Source: an uncultured Chloroflexia bacterium (GTDB lineage: Bacteria > Chloroflexota > Anaerolineae > Anaerolineales > E44-bin32). From it: a stretch of 64,000 bases of DNA. A model generated the notes under the pieces. That model worked only from the letters and a program-made list of their open reading frames with translations. It did not search any database and was not told where the DNA came from. The translations under genes and the position numbers were made by a program. The stretch is from assembly GCA_963743255.1 (NCBI GenBank), contig CAVUPD010000001.1, positions 25,025 to 89,024 of the forward strand. The letters run 5' to 3'. Positions 53,658 to 62,962 of the stretch are shown here, piece by piece (position 1 is the stretch's first letter; the number at the start of each line of letters is the position of its first letter).

Positions 53658-54064
53658 CAGGCGTAGAGCGCGTCGTAGACCTCGAACTGGATGGCCAGGT
53701 TTTCCTCGTCGTCCGGGTAACGCAGGCTGAAACCGGCTGCGATCGCTTCCAGGCCGCGGGCGACGGGATCCGTATCAAGATCGGCGGCCACATCGGCAGC
53801 GTGGACGATTCGCGCCAGCCGCTGAAGGGCCGGGTCTTTCAGGTCGTACTTAAGCAGAAACGACTCGAAGGAACAGCGGCCGTCCTGGTGGCCCAGCTCG
53901 ACGCCGGGCACGTCGAACGGGATGGCGTCCGTTTCTTTGGCCAGCCGATCGATCTGGCTCTTGGGCGCAAACAGGAACTCGGCCTGGTTGTCGATGAAAC
54001 GAGTGATCAGCCAGGGACAGGCCACGCGATCAACGTGGACGTGGGAACGTGTGATCCACTTCAT
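53627..54064 (-). CDS. chromate-resistance (ChrB C-terminal-like, Chrome_Resist) domain protein
   Basis: MKWITRSHVHVDRVACPWLITRFIDNQAEFLFAPKSQIDRLAKETDAIPFDVPGVELGHQDGRCSFESFLLKYDLKDPAL, which matches my recollection of that family. ATG 54062-54064 follows GAGGAGG. Confidence 0.65.
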   Translation of the reverse strand: MKWITRSHVHVDRVACPWLITRFIDNQAEFLFAPKSQIDRLAKETDAIPFDVPGVELGHQDGRCSFESFLLKYDLKDPALQRLARIVHAADVAADLDTDPVARGLEAIAAGFSLRYPDDEENLAIQFEVYDALYAWCRLQVSRAG

Positions 54065-54132
54065 GCGACCTCCTCGCAGCGACGGCGGGGCGGCGTAGGC
54101 CGCCCCGGCCATATGTCGGTCCTCCGCATTAC

Positions 54133-54160
54133 GTAGGGGCGAAGCATGCTTCGCCCCTAC
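54133..54160. repeat. REP-like perfect palindrome / terminator (GTAGGGGCGAAGCA family)
   Basis: GTAGGGGCGAAGCATGCTTCGCCCCTAC, a 28-nt perfect palindrome downstream of the minus-strand stop at 54242. Confidence 0.65.
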
Positions 54161-54241
54161 ACCTGCCGATGCTCGCCTGTCATTGCCGAATTCCCGCCGG
54201 CGCGTGTGCGACGCGCCGAAGGCCCGGGGGGCCGCGTCGGC

Positions 54242-55626
54242 CTACCCCTCCGGAGCCCGCCGCGCGTCGTCGATCGCCTTCTTGACGTTGACGAACGGCA
54301 GCAGGATCAGCCCCATGATGAAGAAGAAGATCAGCGACAGGATCGCCGGGCGCAGGCTGCCGAACACCTGGTTCATCACGCCGAACAGCAGCGGCCCGGT
54401 CCATGACGTGCCGCGCTCGCTGACCTCGTAGAACGAATAGAACTCGGCCTCCCTGCCGGCCGGGATCATCTGGGCGAACAGGCTGCGGCTGATCGCCTGG
54501 CTGCCGCCCATCACGACGGCGATGAAGGCACCCAGGATCCAGAACTGGAGCACGCGGGTGTCGCCCTGCAGCCCGGCGTAGGCGTAGATCACGACCCCGG
54601 CCCAGATCACCAGGCTGATCAGGATCGACTGCTTGGCGCCCACCCACCCGGCCAGCTTGCCCCAGAAGAGCGCACCGCCGAAGGCCACGAACTGGATCAT
54701 CAGGATCACGACGATCAGCGTCGACTGGTCGATCGCCAGGCCGCCGCGCAGCACCGGTGCGGCGGCGAACGTCGCCGAGACGGCGATCACCGTCTGGATG
54801 CCGTCGTTGTACAGGAAGTAGGCCAGCAGGAACTTGAGCGTCTCCGGGTAATGCTTCAGCTCGCGGCAGCGTGCTCGCAAGCTGCTTGAAGCCGACGCGG
54901 ACATAGGTCTCGCCGGCCGGCAGCGCCCGCCGCGGCATGCCGCGCCCGCAAGCGCGACCAGGTGTAGAACGACCATCCCAGCCACCACACGCCGGCGGAC
55001 GCCAGGTTGATGCGCACCGCCAGATCGGTCGGCACCCCCAGCGCCTCGTGGAACTGGTAGAACACCAGGTTGAGGACCAGCAGCAGGCCGCCGCCCAGGT
55101 AGCCCATCGCCCAGCCGTAGGACGAGACGCTGTCGCGCTTGTCCTCGCTGGCGATGTCCGGCAGGTAGGAGTTGTAGAAGACCATCGCCGCGCCGAACGC
55201 CAGGTTGGCCAGGATGAAGAGCAGTCCGCCCAGCCACCACACGCTCGCCGTGGTCAGGAACAACAGGACGGTCGCCACCCCGCCGAGCGTGGCGAACAGG
55301 CGCATCATCTGCTTGCGCAGGTGCGAGTAGTCGGCGATGGCGCCCAGGATCGGCAGGAACAGCACCTGCAGCCCGACGGAGATCGAGACACAGTACGGCA
55401 GGAAGGAGTCCGGAGCGATCGGGATTCCGCCCAGCCGTGCCATCCCGTCGGCGAAGGGCGTCGCCGCCTGGGCGGCCAGCGATGCCAGGTAGGGCCCAAG
55501 GAAGACCGTCCCGACGGTCGTGCTGAAGGCCGAGTTGGCCCAGTCGTAGAACGCCCAGCCGCGGATCTCGCGCTTGTCGTTGACCGGCACGCCCTGAACG
55601 GCCACGGGGATCGCGGTCATCTCCAC
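54242..55626 (-). CDS. MFS transporter, UMF1/Atg22-like (at least 2 frameshifts near 54860-54950)
   Basis: 54856..55626 frame: REIRGWAFYDWANSAFSTTVGTVFLGPYL...MVFYNSYLPDIAS. It joins the 54242..55240 frame: LKHYPETLKFLLAYFLYNDGIQTV...GGSQAISRSLFAQMIPAGREAEFYSFYEVSERGTSWTGPLLFG. Confidence 0.75.
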
Positions 55627-55954
55627 CTCCCTACGCGTTGGGGATTCTGCCGGTGCCCGGGGTTTGGGCGCCGAGTTGCATGATTATGCAACGAAACGGA
55701 CCAGCAAGGGAGCGTGGTTGGCTCCGTGGCGTCCCCCATTCCCGAGCAGGCGGAGGGCCCGCCCCTGCTGCCGGCAGCAAACTGGAAGGGCAGGCTCCGC
55801 CAGGGTGTAATCCCGCTCGAGAACTCCCCGGGAGCCGACGGGCGTCGGCCTCCCCCCCCGGTCAAGTGCCGGACCATAGCACAGCCGTCGCTGCCGCGCC
55901 CCGCGCGGGGGCTGTGAAATCACCCGTGTGGTATCCTGACTCCGCACAAACCCC

Positions 55955-57723
55955 ATGACCGTTTCTGAGTTCGTCCTCCCGCAGGCATTGCGATCGGATC
56001 GCCGCACACCGCTGCGCTGGGTGCTGTCCCATGCCCGGCGGCAGTGGTGGCTGTTGATCCTGCTGCTCGTCGGCGCACTGGGCAACGCCTCCCTGGCGGC
56101 GGTCGTGCCGGTGCTGGTCGGGCGCGCCTTCAACGTGATGTTGAGCGCCAAGCCGGACCTGCGCCTGGTCGGCACGCTGGCGCTGGTGATCGCCGGCTCG
56201 CAGATCGGCCGCGGCGTGCTGCAGCTCGGACGCAACTTCAGCGCCGAGCTCTCGGCGCAGCGCGTCGAGCGCGATGTCCGCCAGGAGCTGTACCTCAGCC
56301 TGCTGGGCAAGAGCATGACCTTCCACAGCCTGCAGCCGGTCGGCGACACGATGGCCCGGGCGACGAACGACGTGCGTCAGGTCAATTACCTGTTCAGCCC
56401 CGGGCTGAACCTGGTGATCGGCTCGGCCAATTTCATGATCGTGCCGCTGATCGTCGCCCCTACCTATCACCCGTCGCTGGTCCTGGTCCCGGCGCTGTAC
56501 ATCCTTGGCTACGGTCTGGCCGTGGCGCAGTATCTGCGTCAGCTCGAACCGGTCACCGAGCGCGTGCGCCAGGCGTTCGGGACGCTGAACGCTCGCCTGG
56601 CGGAAGCGCTCGACGGCATCGAGGTGGTCAAGGGGCACGCGCGCGAGGCGCGAGGAGGTCGATGGGTTCGAGGCAACGCGGCGCGCGTCGTTCGCGACGC
56701 CTCCGTCCGTCAGGGCGACATCGAGGCGCGCTTCCTGCCGCTGCTGCTCCTGGCGCTGGCCGAGGCCGGCGCCTTCCTGCACGGGCTGCTGCTCTACCGC
56801 CAGGGGCTGCTGGACGTTGGCCAGGTGATCGCCTTCGTCGGGTTGATCCAACTGTTCGGCTTCCCGACCTTCGTCTCACTTTGGGCTTACTCGCAGCTCT
56901 CGATGGGGCTGGCCAGCGCGCAGCGCATCCTCGAGCTGATCAACCGCGAGACCGAGCTCGATCAGAACCCGCGCGGCCACGCCGCCCCGATGCGCGGCGA
57001 GATCGAATTCCGAGACGTGACCTTCGGTTACACCGGATCGCGGTCCAAGCCTGGAGCAGGTGACCTTCCGCGTCCAGCCGGGACAGACGGTGGCGATCGT
57101 CGGGCAGACCGGCGCCGGCAAGACATCGCTGGCCAAGCTGGTCAACCGCACGTACGACGTCTCGGACGGCGCGGTTCTGGTCGACGGGATCGACGTGCGC
57201 GCAGTGGGAGCTGGGCTCGCTGCGGCGTCAGATCGCCATCATCGAGCAGGACGTATTCCTGTTCTCGCGCACCATCGCCGAGAACATCGCCTTCGGCCGG
57301 CCGGGCGCTACGCCGGCCGAGATCGAGGCGGCGGCCGAGGCGGCGCAGGCCCACGAGTTCATCAGCGCTTTTTCCGACGGCTACCGCACGCTGGTCGGCG
57401 AGCGCGGCGTGACGCTTTCGGGCGGCCAGCGTCAGCGCATCGCCCTGGCCCGCGCCTTGCTGACCGACCCGCGCATCCTGATCCTGGACGACTCGACCAG
57501 CTCGATCGACAGCGCCACCGAGGACCAGATCCAGCGCGCCCTGTTCCAGGCGTCGCGCGGCCGGACGACGATCCTGATCACGCACCGGCTGTCGCAGATC
57601 CGCTGGGCCGACTTGATCGTCGTGCTGCGCCGCGGCCGGCTGGCGGCCGCCGGGTCGCATGACGACCTGATGCGCACGTCGGACGCTTACCGGCGCATCT
57701 TCACCCGTTACGAGGGCGCGTAG
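55955..57723 (+). CDS. ABC exporter, fused permease/ATPase subunit 1 (at least 2-3 frameshifts, ~57040, ~57200)
   Basis: TMD in the 55955..57412 frame. NBD pieces: [25 protein letters not shown] (Walker A, 57060 frame) and [32 protein letters not shown] (signature plus Walker B, 57409..57723 frame). Confidence 0.8.
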
Positions 57724-57725
57724 GT

Positions 57726-59561
57726 ATGGGCTTCTTCGACGGACTGGAAGCCGAGCCCTACGACCGCACCTACCGCGACCGCGACCTGGTGCGCCGGATG
57801 GCGGACGCCTTCCGGCCGAAGGGGCGCGCCATCGGCGTGATCCTTGCCTGCAATCTGATCGCCGCTGCCGCCGGCGTGGGGATCCCGATCCTGATGGCCC
57901 GCGGCGTCGACATGATGGTGAAGTCCGGAACACCGGCGGGCATGTCGGCGCTGGCCGCGGCGCTGTTCATCCTGGGCGCCGCCGGCTGGGGCGTGAATTG
58001 GATCCGCCGCCGGGTGACAGCGCGGGCCGTCGGCGACGTGATGCTGGCGCTGCGCCGCCGGGCGTTCGCCGCCGCTGCCGAGCACGACCTTTCCTTCTAT
58101 GACGAGCACTCGTCGGGCCGCATCGTCAGCCGCATCACGTCCGACACCGAGGAGTTCGCCAACGTCGTCACGCTGGTCGCCGACCTGCTGAGCTCGTTCG
58201 TCCAGGCCGGCATCCTGCTCATCGTCCTGGCGCGCATCGAGGTCCGGCTGCTGCCCTGGCTGCTGGTAACGCTGCCGCCGGTGTTCTTCTGTGCCTATGC
58301 CTTTCGGCGCCTGGCGCGCACGGTGACGCGGCGCGGCTTCCGCGCCATGGCCAATGTCAACGCTCTGACCAAGGAAGCGGTGAGCGGCATCGCCGTGGCT
58401 AAGAACTTCCGCCAGGAAGGCGCTATCTTCACCGAGTTCGACCGGGTCAACCAGCAGTCGTACGCGATCAACGTCCGGCGCGGGTTCGTGCTGGGGATGG
58501 TCTTTCCGGTGTTGAACGCGCTGGCCGGGCCGGGGACGGCGCTGCTGTTGTACGCCGGCGCAGTCAACGTCGCCGGGGCGCTGATCACCTACGGGTCGTG
58601 GTACCTGTTCGTCACCAGCCTGGATTACTTCTGGGACCCGATGCTGGCCTTCTCGTCGTACTGGAGCCGGATCCAGGGCGGGCTGTCGGCGGCCGAGCGC
58701 GTCTTTGCGCTGATCGACGCCGAGTCCGCCGTGGTGCAGGCGGAGCGGCGCGCCGTGCCGACGCTGCGGGGCGAGATCCGCTTCGAGCACGTCGGGTTCT
58801 ACTACAAGTCGAGCGAGCCCGTGCTGAAGGACTTCGACCTGCTCGTGCGACCCGGGGAGACGCTGGCGCTCGTCGGGCACACCGGCGCCGGCAAGTCGTC
58901 GATCGCCAAACTGGTGACGCGCTTCTACGAGTTCCAGAGCGGGCGGTTGCTGATCGACGGGATGGACATCCGCACGCTCGACCTGCAGGCCTACCGCCGG
59001 CAGTTGGGCATTGTGCCGCAGTCGCCGTTCCTGTTTTCGGGGACGGTGATCGACAACATCCGCTATGCGCGCCCGGTGGCGCCGCTGGGCGAGATCGAGG
59101 CGCTTGCTCGGCGCATCGGCGGGGGCGAGTGGCTCGAGTCGCTGCCCGAGGGGCTGGCGACCGAGGTCGGCGAGCGCGGGGCGCGGCTCTCGATGGGCCA
59201 GCGGCAGTTGGTGTCGTTGATGCGCGTGCTGGTGCAGAAGCCGGCGATCTTCATCTTAGATGAGGCGACGGCCAACATCGACCCGTTCACCGAGGCGCAG
59301 ATCCAGGAGGCGTTGGGGCTGATCCTGGCCGAGACAACGGCGCTGCTGATCGCCCACCGCCTGTCGACCGTGCGCGCCGCCGACCGGATCCTCGTCCTGC
59401 GCCAGGGCGTGATCCTCGAGGAAGGCGACCACGACGGCCTGCTCAAGCGCGGCGGCCACTACGCCGAGCTGTACAACACGTATTTCAGGCACCAAGCCCT
59501 TGGCTACGTCCCCGAGGGGATGGAGATCGTGGACGGGAGGTTGAGCGTGAAGGAGACGTGA
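57726..59561 (+). CDS. ABC exporter, fused permease/ATPase subunit 2
   Basis: Intact 611 aa. ETLALVGHTGAGKSSIAKLV (Walker A), LSMGQRQLVSLMRVLVQKPAIFILDEATANID. Starts 3 nt after the stop of subunit 1, so this is a typical heterodimeric pair. Confidence 0.9.
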   Translation: MGFFDGLEAEPYDRTYRDRDLVRRMADAFRPKGRAIGVILACNLIAAAAGVGIPILMARGVDMMVKSGTPAGMSALAAALFILGAAGWGVNWIRRRVTARAVGDVMLALRRRAFAAAAEHDLSFYDEHSSGRIVSRITSDTEEFANVVTLVADLLSSFVQAGILLIVLARIEVRLLPWLLVTLPPVFFCAYAFRRLARTVTRRGFRAMANVNALTKEAVSGIAVAKNFRQEGAIFTEFDRVNQQSYAINVRRGFVLGMVFPVLNALAGPGTALLLYAGAVNVAGALITYGSWYLFVTSLDYFWDPMLAFSSYWSRIQGGLSAAERVFALIDAESAVVQAERRAVPTLRGEIRFEHVGFYYKSSEPVLKDFDLLVRPGETLALVGHTGAGKSSIAKLVTRFYEFQSGRLLIDGMDIRTLDLQAYRRQLGIVPQSPFLFSGTVIDNIRYARPVAPLGEIEALARRIGGGEWLESLPEGLATEVGERGARLSMGQRQLVSLMRVLVQKPAIFILDEATANIDPFTEAQIQEALGLILAETTALLIAHRLSTVRAADRILVLRQGVILEEGDHDGLLKRGGHYAELYNTYFRHQALGYVPEGMEIVDGRLSVKET

Positions 59562-59927
59562 GGGTCGTTCCCCGGTCGACTAACCCCACCACTCTGCTTC
59601 GAACTCACGTTCAGCATCCCAGGCCTCCTATTCCCCTTCGCGCACGTGTCTGGTTCCTTCTCGAAAGTGCCCAGATCACAAGTCCTGCTTCACAGTAGAA
59701 TCCGTTGTTGGTGATTGTGTGGCGGCTTCGCGCCACACCAATCCCTTAATTCGTTAGGCGGCTAACATCCGTGAGCCGTCTTCGCCTTCACTAGACCAAT
59801 ATGCGCCAAAAACGGGCGCGACTTCAAGTCGGACGATTCTGTCACGCTCGCAGAGCGCAACACGCCCCTTCTGACAACTTCCAAGAGCTAGAATGGGGCA
59901 TCTCCAATCTGCGAAAGGTAACGCTCA

Positions 59928-60323
59928 ATGGCAAGAACCAAGTCTGGCCACGTTCAGCCTGGCGGAGTGGATGAGTACATCGCAAGATGCCCCAAGGAGG
60001 TACAGGGAAAGTTGAAGAAGATCAGGGCTGCGATTCGAGAAGTCGCGCCTGGGTCCACGGAGACCGTCAGCTACTTCCACATACCCGGCTACTCCTATGA
60101 GGGCTATGACTACAACGGCATGTTCGCCTGGTTCAGCTACAAGGACCCGCATGTGCGCCTGCACCTGCGTCCCCCAGTAGTAGAAGACCACAAGCGGGAA
60201 GTAAAGAGCTATGCGACAAGCAAGGCGATTGTTAGTTTCCCGGCGGATGAAGAGGTACCAGTGGCCTTGGTGAAGAAGCTGGTGAAAGCAAGCCTTAAGG
60301 CGATGAGGGACAGGCCAGCCTAG
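59928..60323 (+). CDS. DUF1801 (YdhG-like) domain protein
   Basis: Intact 131 aa. GGVDEYIARCPKEVQGKLKKIRAAIREVAPGSTETVSYFHIPGYSYEG...HVRLHLRP...SKAIVSFPADEEVPVALVKKLVKASL. Confidence 0.75.
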   Translation: MARTKSGHVQPGGVDEYIARCPKEVQGKLKKIRAAIREVAPGSTETVSYFHIPGYSYEGYDYNGMFAWFSYKDPHVRLHLRPPVVEDHKREVKSYATSKAIVSFPADEEVPVALVKKLVKASLKAMRDRPA

Positions 60324-60395
60324 GTTCGATACGTTCATAGCGCGGGTTCTGCGTTGTTCTAAAGGCAGACTCCCGACGCCCCGAACCTGTTAGCC

Positions 60396-60526
60396 GCCTA
60401 ACAACTCGCTGAAGCTGACCCGGCGGGCTGGGCCTCCGGTGCTGCTTGTCTTGCCCGCTGGCTTCGCCTAGAGTCCATGTAGAGTTGCCCGCTTCCGCCG
60501 GGCAGCTTAGCTCGAGGCCGTTAGGC
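60396..60526 (+). repeat. attC-like recombination site 1 (131 nt)
   Basis: Starts GCCTAAC (RYYYAAC) and ends GTTAGGC (GTTRRRY), its exact complement. Inner arms AACTCGCTGAAGCTGACCCGGCGGGC and GCCCGCTTCCGCCGGGCAGCTTAGCTCGAGGCC pair imperfectly, with a bulged A and a non-pairing spacer next to the R boxes. The centre is variable. Confidence 0.65.
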
Positions 60527-60581
60527 GGCTCGACTATCGGCGCAATCATTGCGGCCAAGAGCATGCCAGAGGACAGTGCGA

Positions 60582-61667
60582 ATGCGATTAGAAGCTCAGA
60601 GAAGCAATAGCTCAGCGCAGCACGGATCTTCCCCACCTATCTACAACGGTAGCTGGGTCGATCGGCTTTTCGTTTGGATCGAACACCGCCCATTCCCTCC
60701 ATGGTTGTTCTATTTGCTCATCATCCTGGCTCTCGCCATTCTTGGCCACGTCGTAAGGTGGATTGACGGGTCGCTGTCTGCCGGCTCACTCCAAGTCATT
60801 CCCCTAGTCGAAGCTCCCTTCGCTGTGTACTTTCTCGCACTGATTCACTACCTGAACTTCGCGGCCCGACGGGCCCTCGCCACCTTTCGGCCCATTCTCG
60901 ATGTGACGGACGAAGAAACGAAGCAACTCGAGCATGCTCTGAATGGGCTTCCCGGATGGACAGGAATCCTCGCTGTCCTCGCCGGTGCCTTCGTGGGCTT
61001 TGCCAATGTCTACTCGAGGCCTGAATCCTGGGGCGTGTCCGCGGCCCCTTCCCTCGGCCTCACCGCCCTAATTGCGGCGGTGGCCAATGTCGGCTCCATT
61101 CTTTGGGTTGTGCACACTATCCGGCAGTTGCGAGCTGTTGATCTCATCCACCGTATGCCCAAGAAAATCAACCCCTTCCACAGGGAGCCCCTTTACGCGT
61201 TCTCCACGCTGACTCTGCCTACGGCAATTGGCGGATTGCTTCCCGTCTATATCTACTTGTTCCTCGCGTACTACTTTGGCGTCCTCGGGCCTTTGCCACT
61301 CCCCTCGGCCTTCGAGGCGGCGGGGCTTGGCCTCGTCATCGTCCTCGCGCTCGCAGCCTTTGTCCTGCCCCTGTCATCCATGCACCATCGTCTCGCCCAA
61401 GAGAAGGCCCGGCTCGTCGCCGAAGCGGATCAGCGGTACTCCGTCATGGTCGACAGATTCAACGATGAGCTCGACCAGGCTAGATTCAAAGACCTAGATG
61501 CCACATCACGTGCAATCGCCAGCCTTACGAGCCAGCGAGAGGTCCTTGCAAGGATCTCCACGTGGCCCTGGAAGCCGGAGACCCTCAGATCGCTCCTGAC
61601 CACCGTTGCGCTACCAGTCCTCTTGTATCTTCTCAGCCGTTTCGTCGGACGCTATTTGGGTTTGTGA
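60582..61667 (+). CDS. hypothetical polytopic membrane protein
   Basis: ORF 60549..61667. The preferred start is ATG 60582, after GAGGAC. Several TM spans plus a C-terminal coiled-coil-like segment and a final TM. No recognisable family. Confidence 0.55.
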   Translation: MRLEAQRSNSSAQHGSSPPIYNGSWVDRLFVWIEHRPFPPWLFYLLIILALAILGHVVRWIDGSLSAGSLQVIPLVEAPFAVYFLALIHYLNFAARRALATFRPILDVTDEETKQLEHALNGLPGWTGILAVLAGAFVGFANVYSRPESWGVSAAPSLGLTALIAAVANVGSILWVVHTIRQLRAVDLIHRMPKKINPFHREPLYAFSTLTLPTAIGGLLPVYIYLFLAYYFGVLGPLPLPSAFEAAGLGLVIVLALAAFVLPLSSMHHRLAQEKARLVAEADQRYSVMVDRFNDELDQARFKDLDATSRAIASLTSQREVLARISTWPWKPETLRSLLTTVALPVLLYLLSRFVGRYLGL

Positions 61668-61718
61668 GCTGACGCCGCATCACAGGGCGAATGTTCCCAT
61701 GATAGAGGAGGCGATACA

Positions 61719-62096
61719 ATGGACAGGTTTACAGCCCTCAGCAAGGACCATCTGCCAGAAGGCCCAGGTAGCCCAGGGGTCAAAAGACACATCGCGTTCA
61801 AGGGAGAGGATTTCACCATCCTCCGGTCGCGCCTCGATCCCGACACGATGTCCGGCTGGCATCACCACGGGCAATACTCCGTCCACGGTTATGTCGTCAG
61901 TGGATCCTCCCGCTTCGACTCTGGCCCAGGTGGCAAGGACGTCACATCCCTCGGACCAGGCGACTTCTTCTTCGTCCCCCCGTTCGCAATCCACCGGGAT
62001 GGAAATCCCTCGCCATCGGAGCCGCAGGAAGTCATCATCTTCCTCCGCGGAAGTGGGCCCTTGGTTGTCAATGTCGAACAACCAGAGCCTGGCTAA
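61719..62096 (+). CDS. cupin domain protein
   Basis: Intact 125 aa. GWHHHGQYSVHGYVVSG...GPGDFFFVPPFAIHRDGNP (cupin motifs 1 and 2). GAGGAGG RBS. Confidence 0.75.
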   Translation: MDRFTALSKDHLPEGPGSPGVKRHIAFKGEDFTILRSRLDPDTMSGWHHHGQYSVHGYVVSGSSRFDSGPGGKDVTSLGPGDFFFVPPFAIHRDGNPSPSEPQEVIIFLRGSGPLVVNVEQPEPG

Positions 62097-62110
62097 TTCA
62101 AGGTGCGGTC

Positions 62111-62267
62111 GCCTAACAACTCGCTGAAGCCCTGGGAGATCACCAGGATCTTCGACTGACCCGGCGGGCGGCGCTTTCGGGCCCGCCTGCCTGGCCCGTC
62201 GACGGGGCGCAGAAACCTGCAGGGTCCTCCCGCTTCCGCGGGGCAGCCAACATCGAGGCCGTTAGGC
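62111..62267 (+). repeat. attC-like recombination site 2 (157 nt)
   Basis: GCCTAACAACTCGCTGAAGC...TGACCCGGCGGGC...CCCGCTTCCGCGGGGCAGCC...CGAGGCCGTTAGGC. Same R boxes and arms as site 1, with a 26-nt insertion (CCTGGGAGATCACCAGGATCTTCGAC) in the 5' arm. Confidence 0.65.
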
Positions 62268-62302
62268 CGCACAGGTCCATCTTCTGCGGAGGTTCTTTTG
62301 CC

Positions 62303-62944
62303 ATGATGCATCGCCACAGCGTACTCCTAACCCTTGCGTTCTTGGCGCTCTGCCCAATTGCCGTCACCGCCTGCGGCTCAGCACCTGACGAGGCCGCCGC
62401 GACGACCGAGGCCGGAGCCGATGAGGCGGCTCTCCAATGGTCCTCGCCGCCTCCAATGCAGATCGATCCTTCCAAGTCCTACGAAGCGGTGTTCAAGACG
62501 GAGCTAGGCGATTTCAAGGTGCGGCTCTTTCCCGATCAAGCACCGATCACGGTCAACAACTTCGTCTTTCTCGCCAAGCAGGGTTACTACGACAACACGA
62601 CGTTCCACCGTGTGTTGCCCGGTTTCATGGCCCAGGGTGGCGATCCCACTGGCACAGGCACAGGCGGGCCAGGTTATACCTTTGAGGATGAGTTCGACCC
62701 GGATCTCCAGTTCGACCGGGCTGGCTTGTTGGCGATGGCCAATCGTGGGCCCAATACCAACGGAGGGCAGTTCTTCATCACCTACGCCCCAACGCCTCAC
62801 CTCACCGGCCTTCACACCATCTTTGGCGAGGTAGTTGAAGGTGCTGAGGTCCTCAACAGCCTGACGCCGCGGGACCCGCAAGCCAATCCCGACTTCCAGG
62901 GCGATCGTCTGATTTCCGTTGAGATCATCGAGGCCGATGGCTAG
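62303..62944 (+). CDS. cyclophilin-type peptidyl-prolyl cis-trans isomerase, lipoprotein
   Basis: Intact 213 aa. [24 protein letters not shown] signal. [31 protein letters not shown]...[19 protein letters not shown]. Confidence 0.9.
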   Translation: MMHRHSVLLTLAFLALCPIAVTACGSAPDEAAATTEAGADEAALQWSSPPPMQIDPSKSYEAVFKTELGDFKVRLFPDQAPITVNNFVFLAKQGYYDNTTFHRVLPGFMAQGGDPTGTGTGGPGYTFEDEFDPDLQFDRAGLLAMANRGPNTNGGQFFITYAPTPHLTGLHTIFGEVVEGAEVLNSLTPRDPQANPDFQGDRLISVEIIEADG

Positions 62945-62962
62945 GTGCCGAAGTCCCATGCC

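Noticed and set aside
55955-59752. Search for an integron integrase or attI immediately upstream of the cassette array.
   Set aside because: The flank is fully occupied by the two ABC exporter genes on the + strand. No tyrosine-recombinase motifs were seen in any frame here or elsewhere in the window, so the array is reported as integrase-less in this view.
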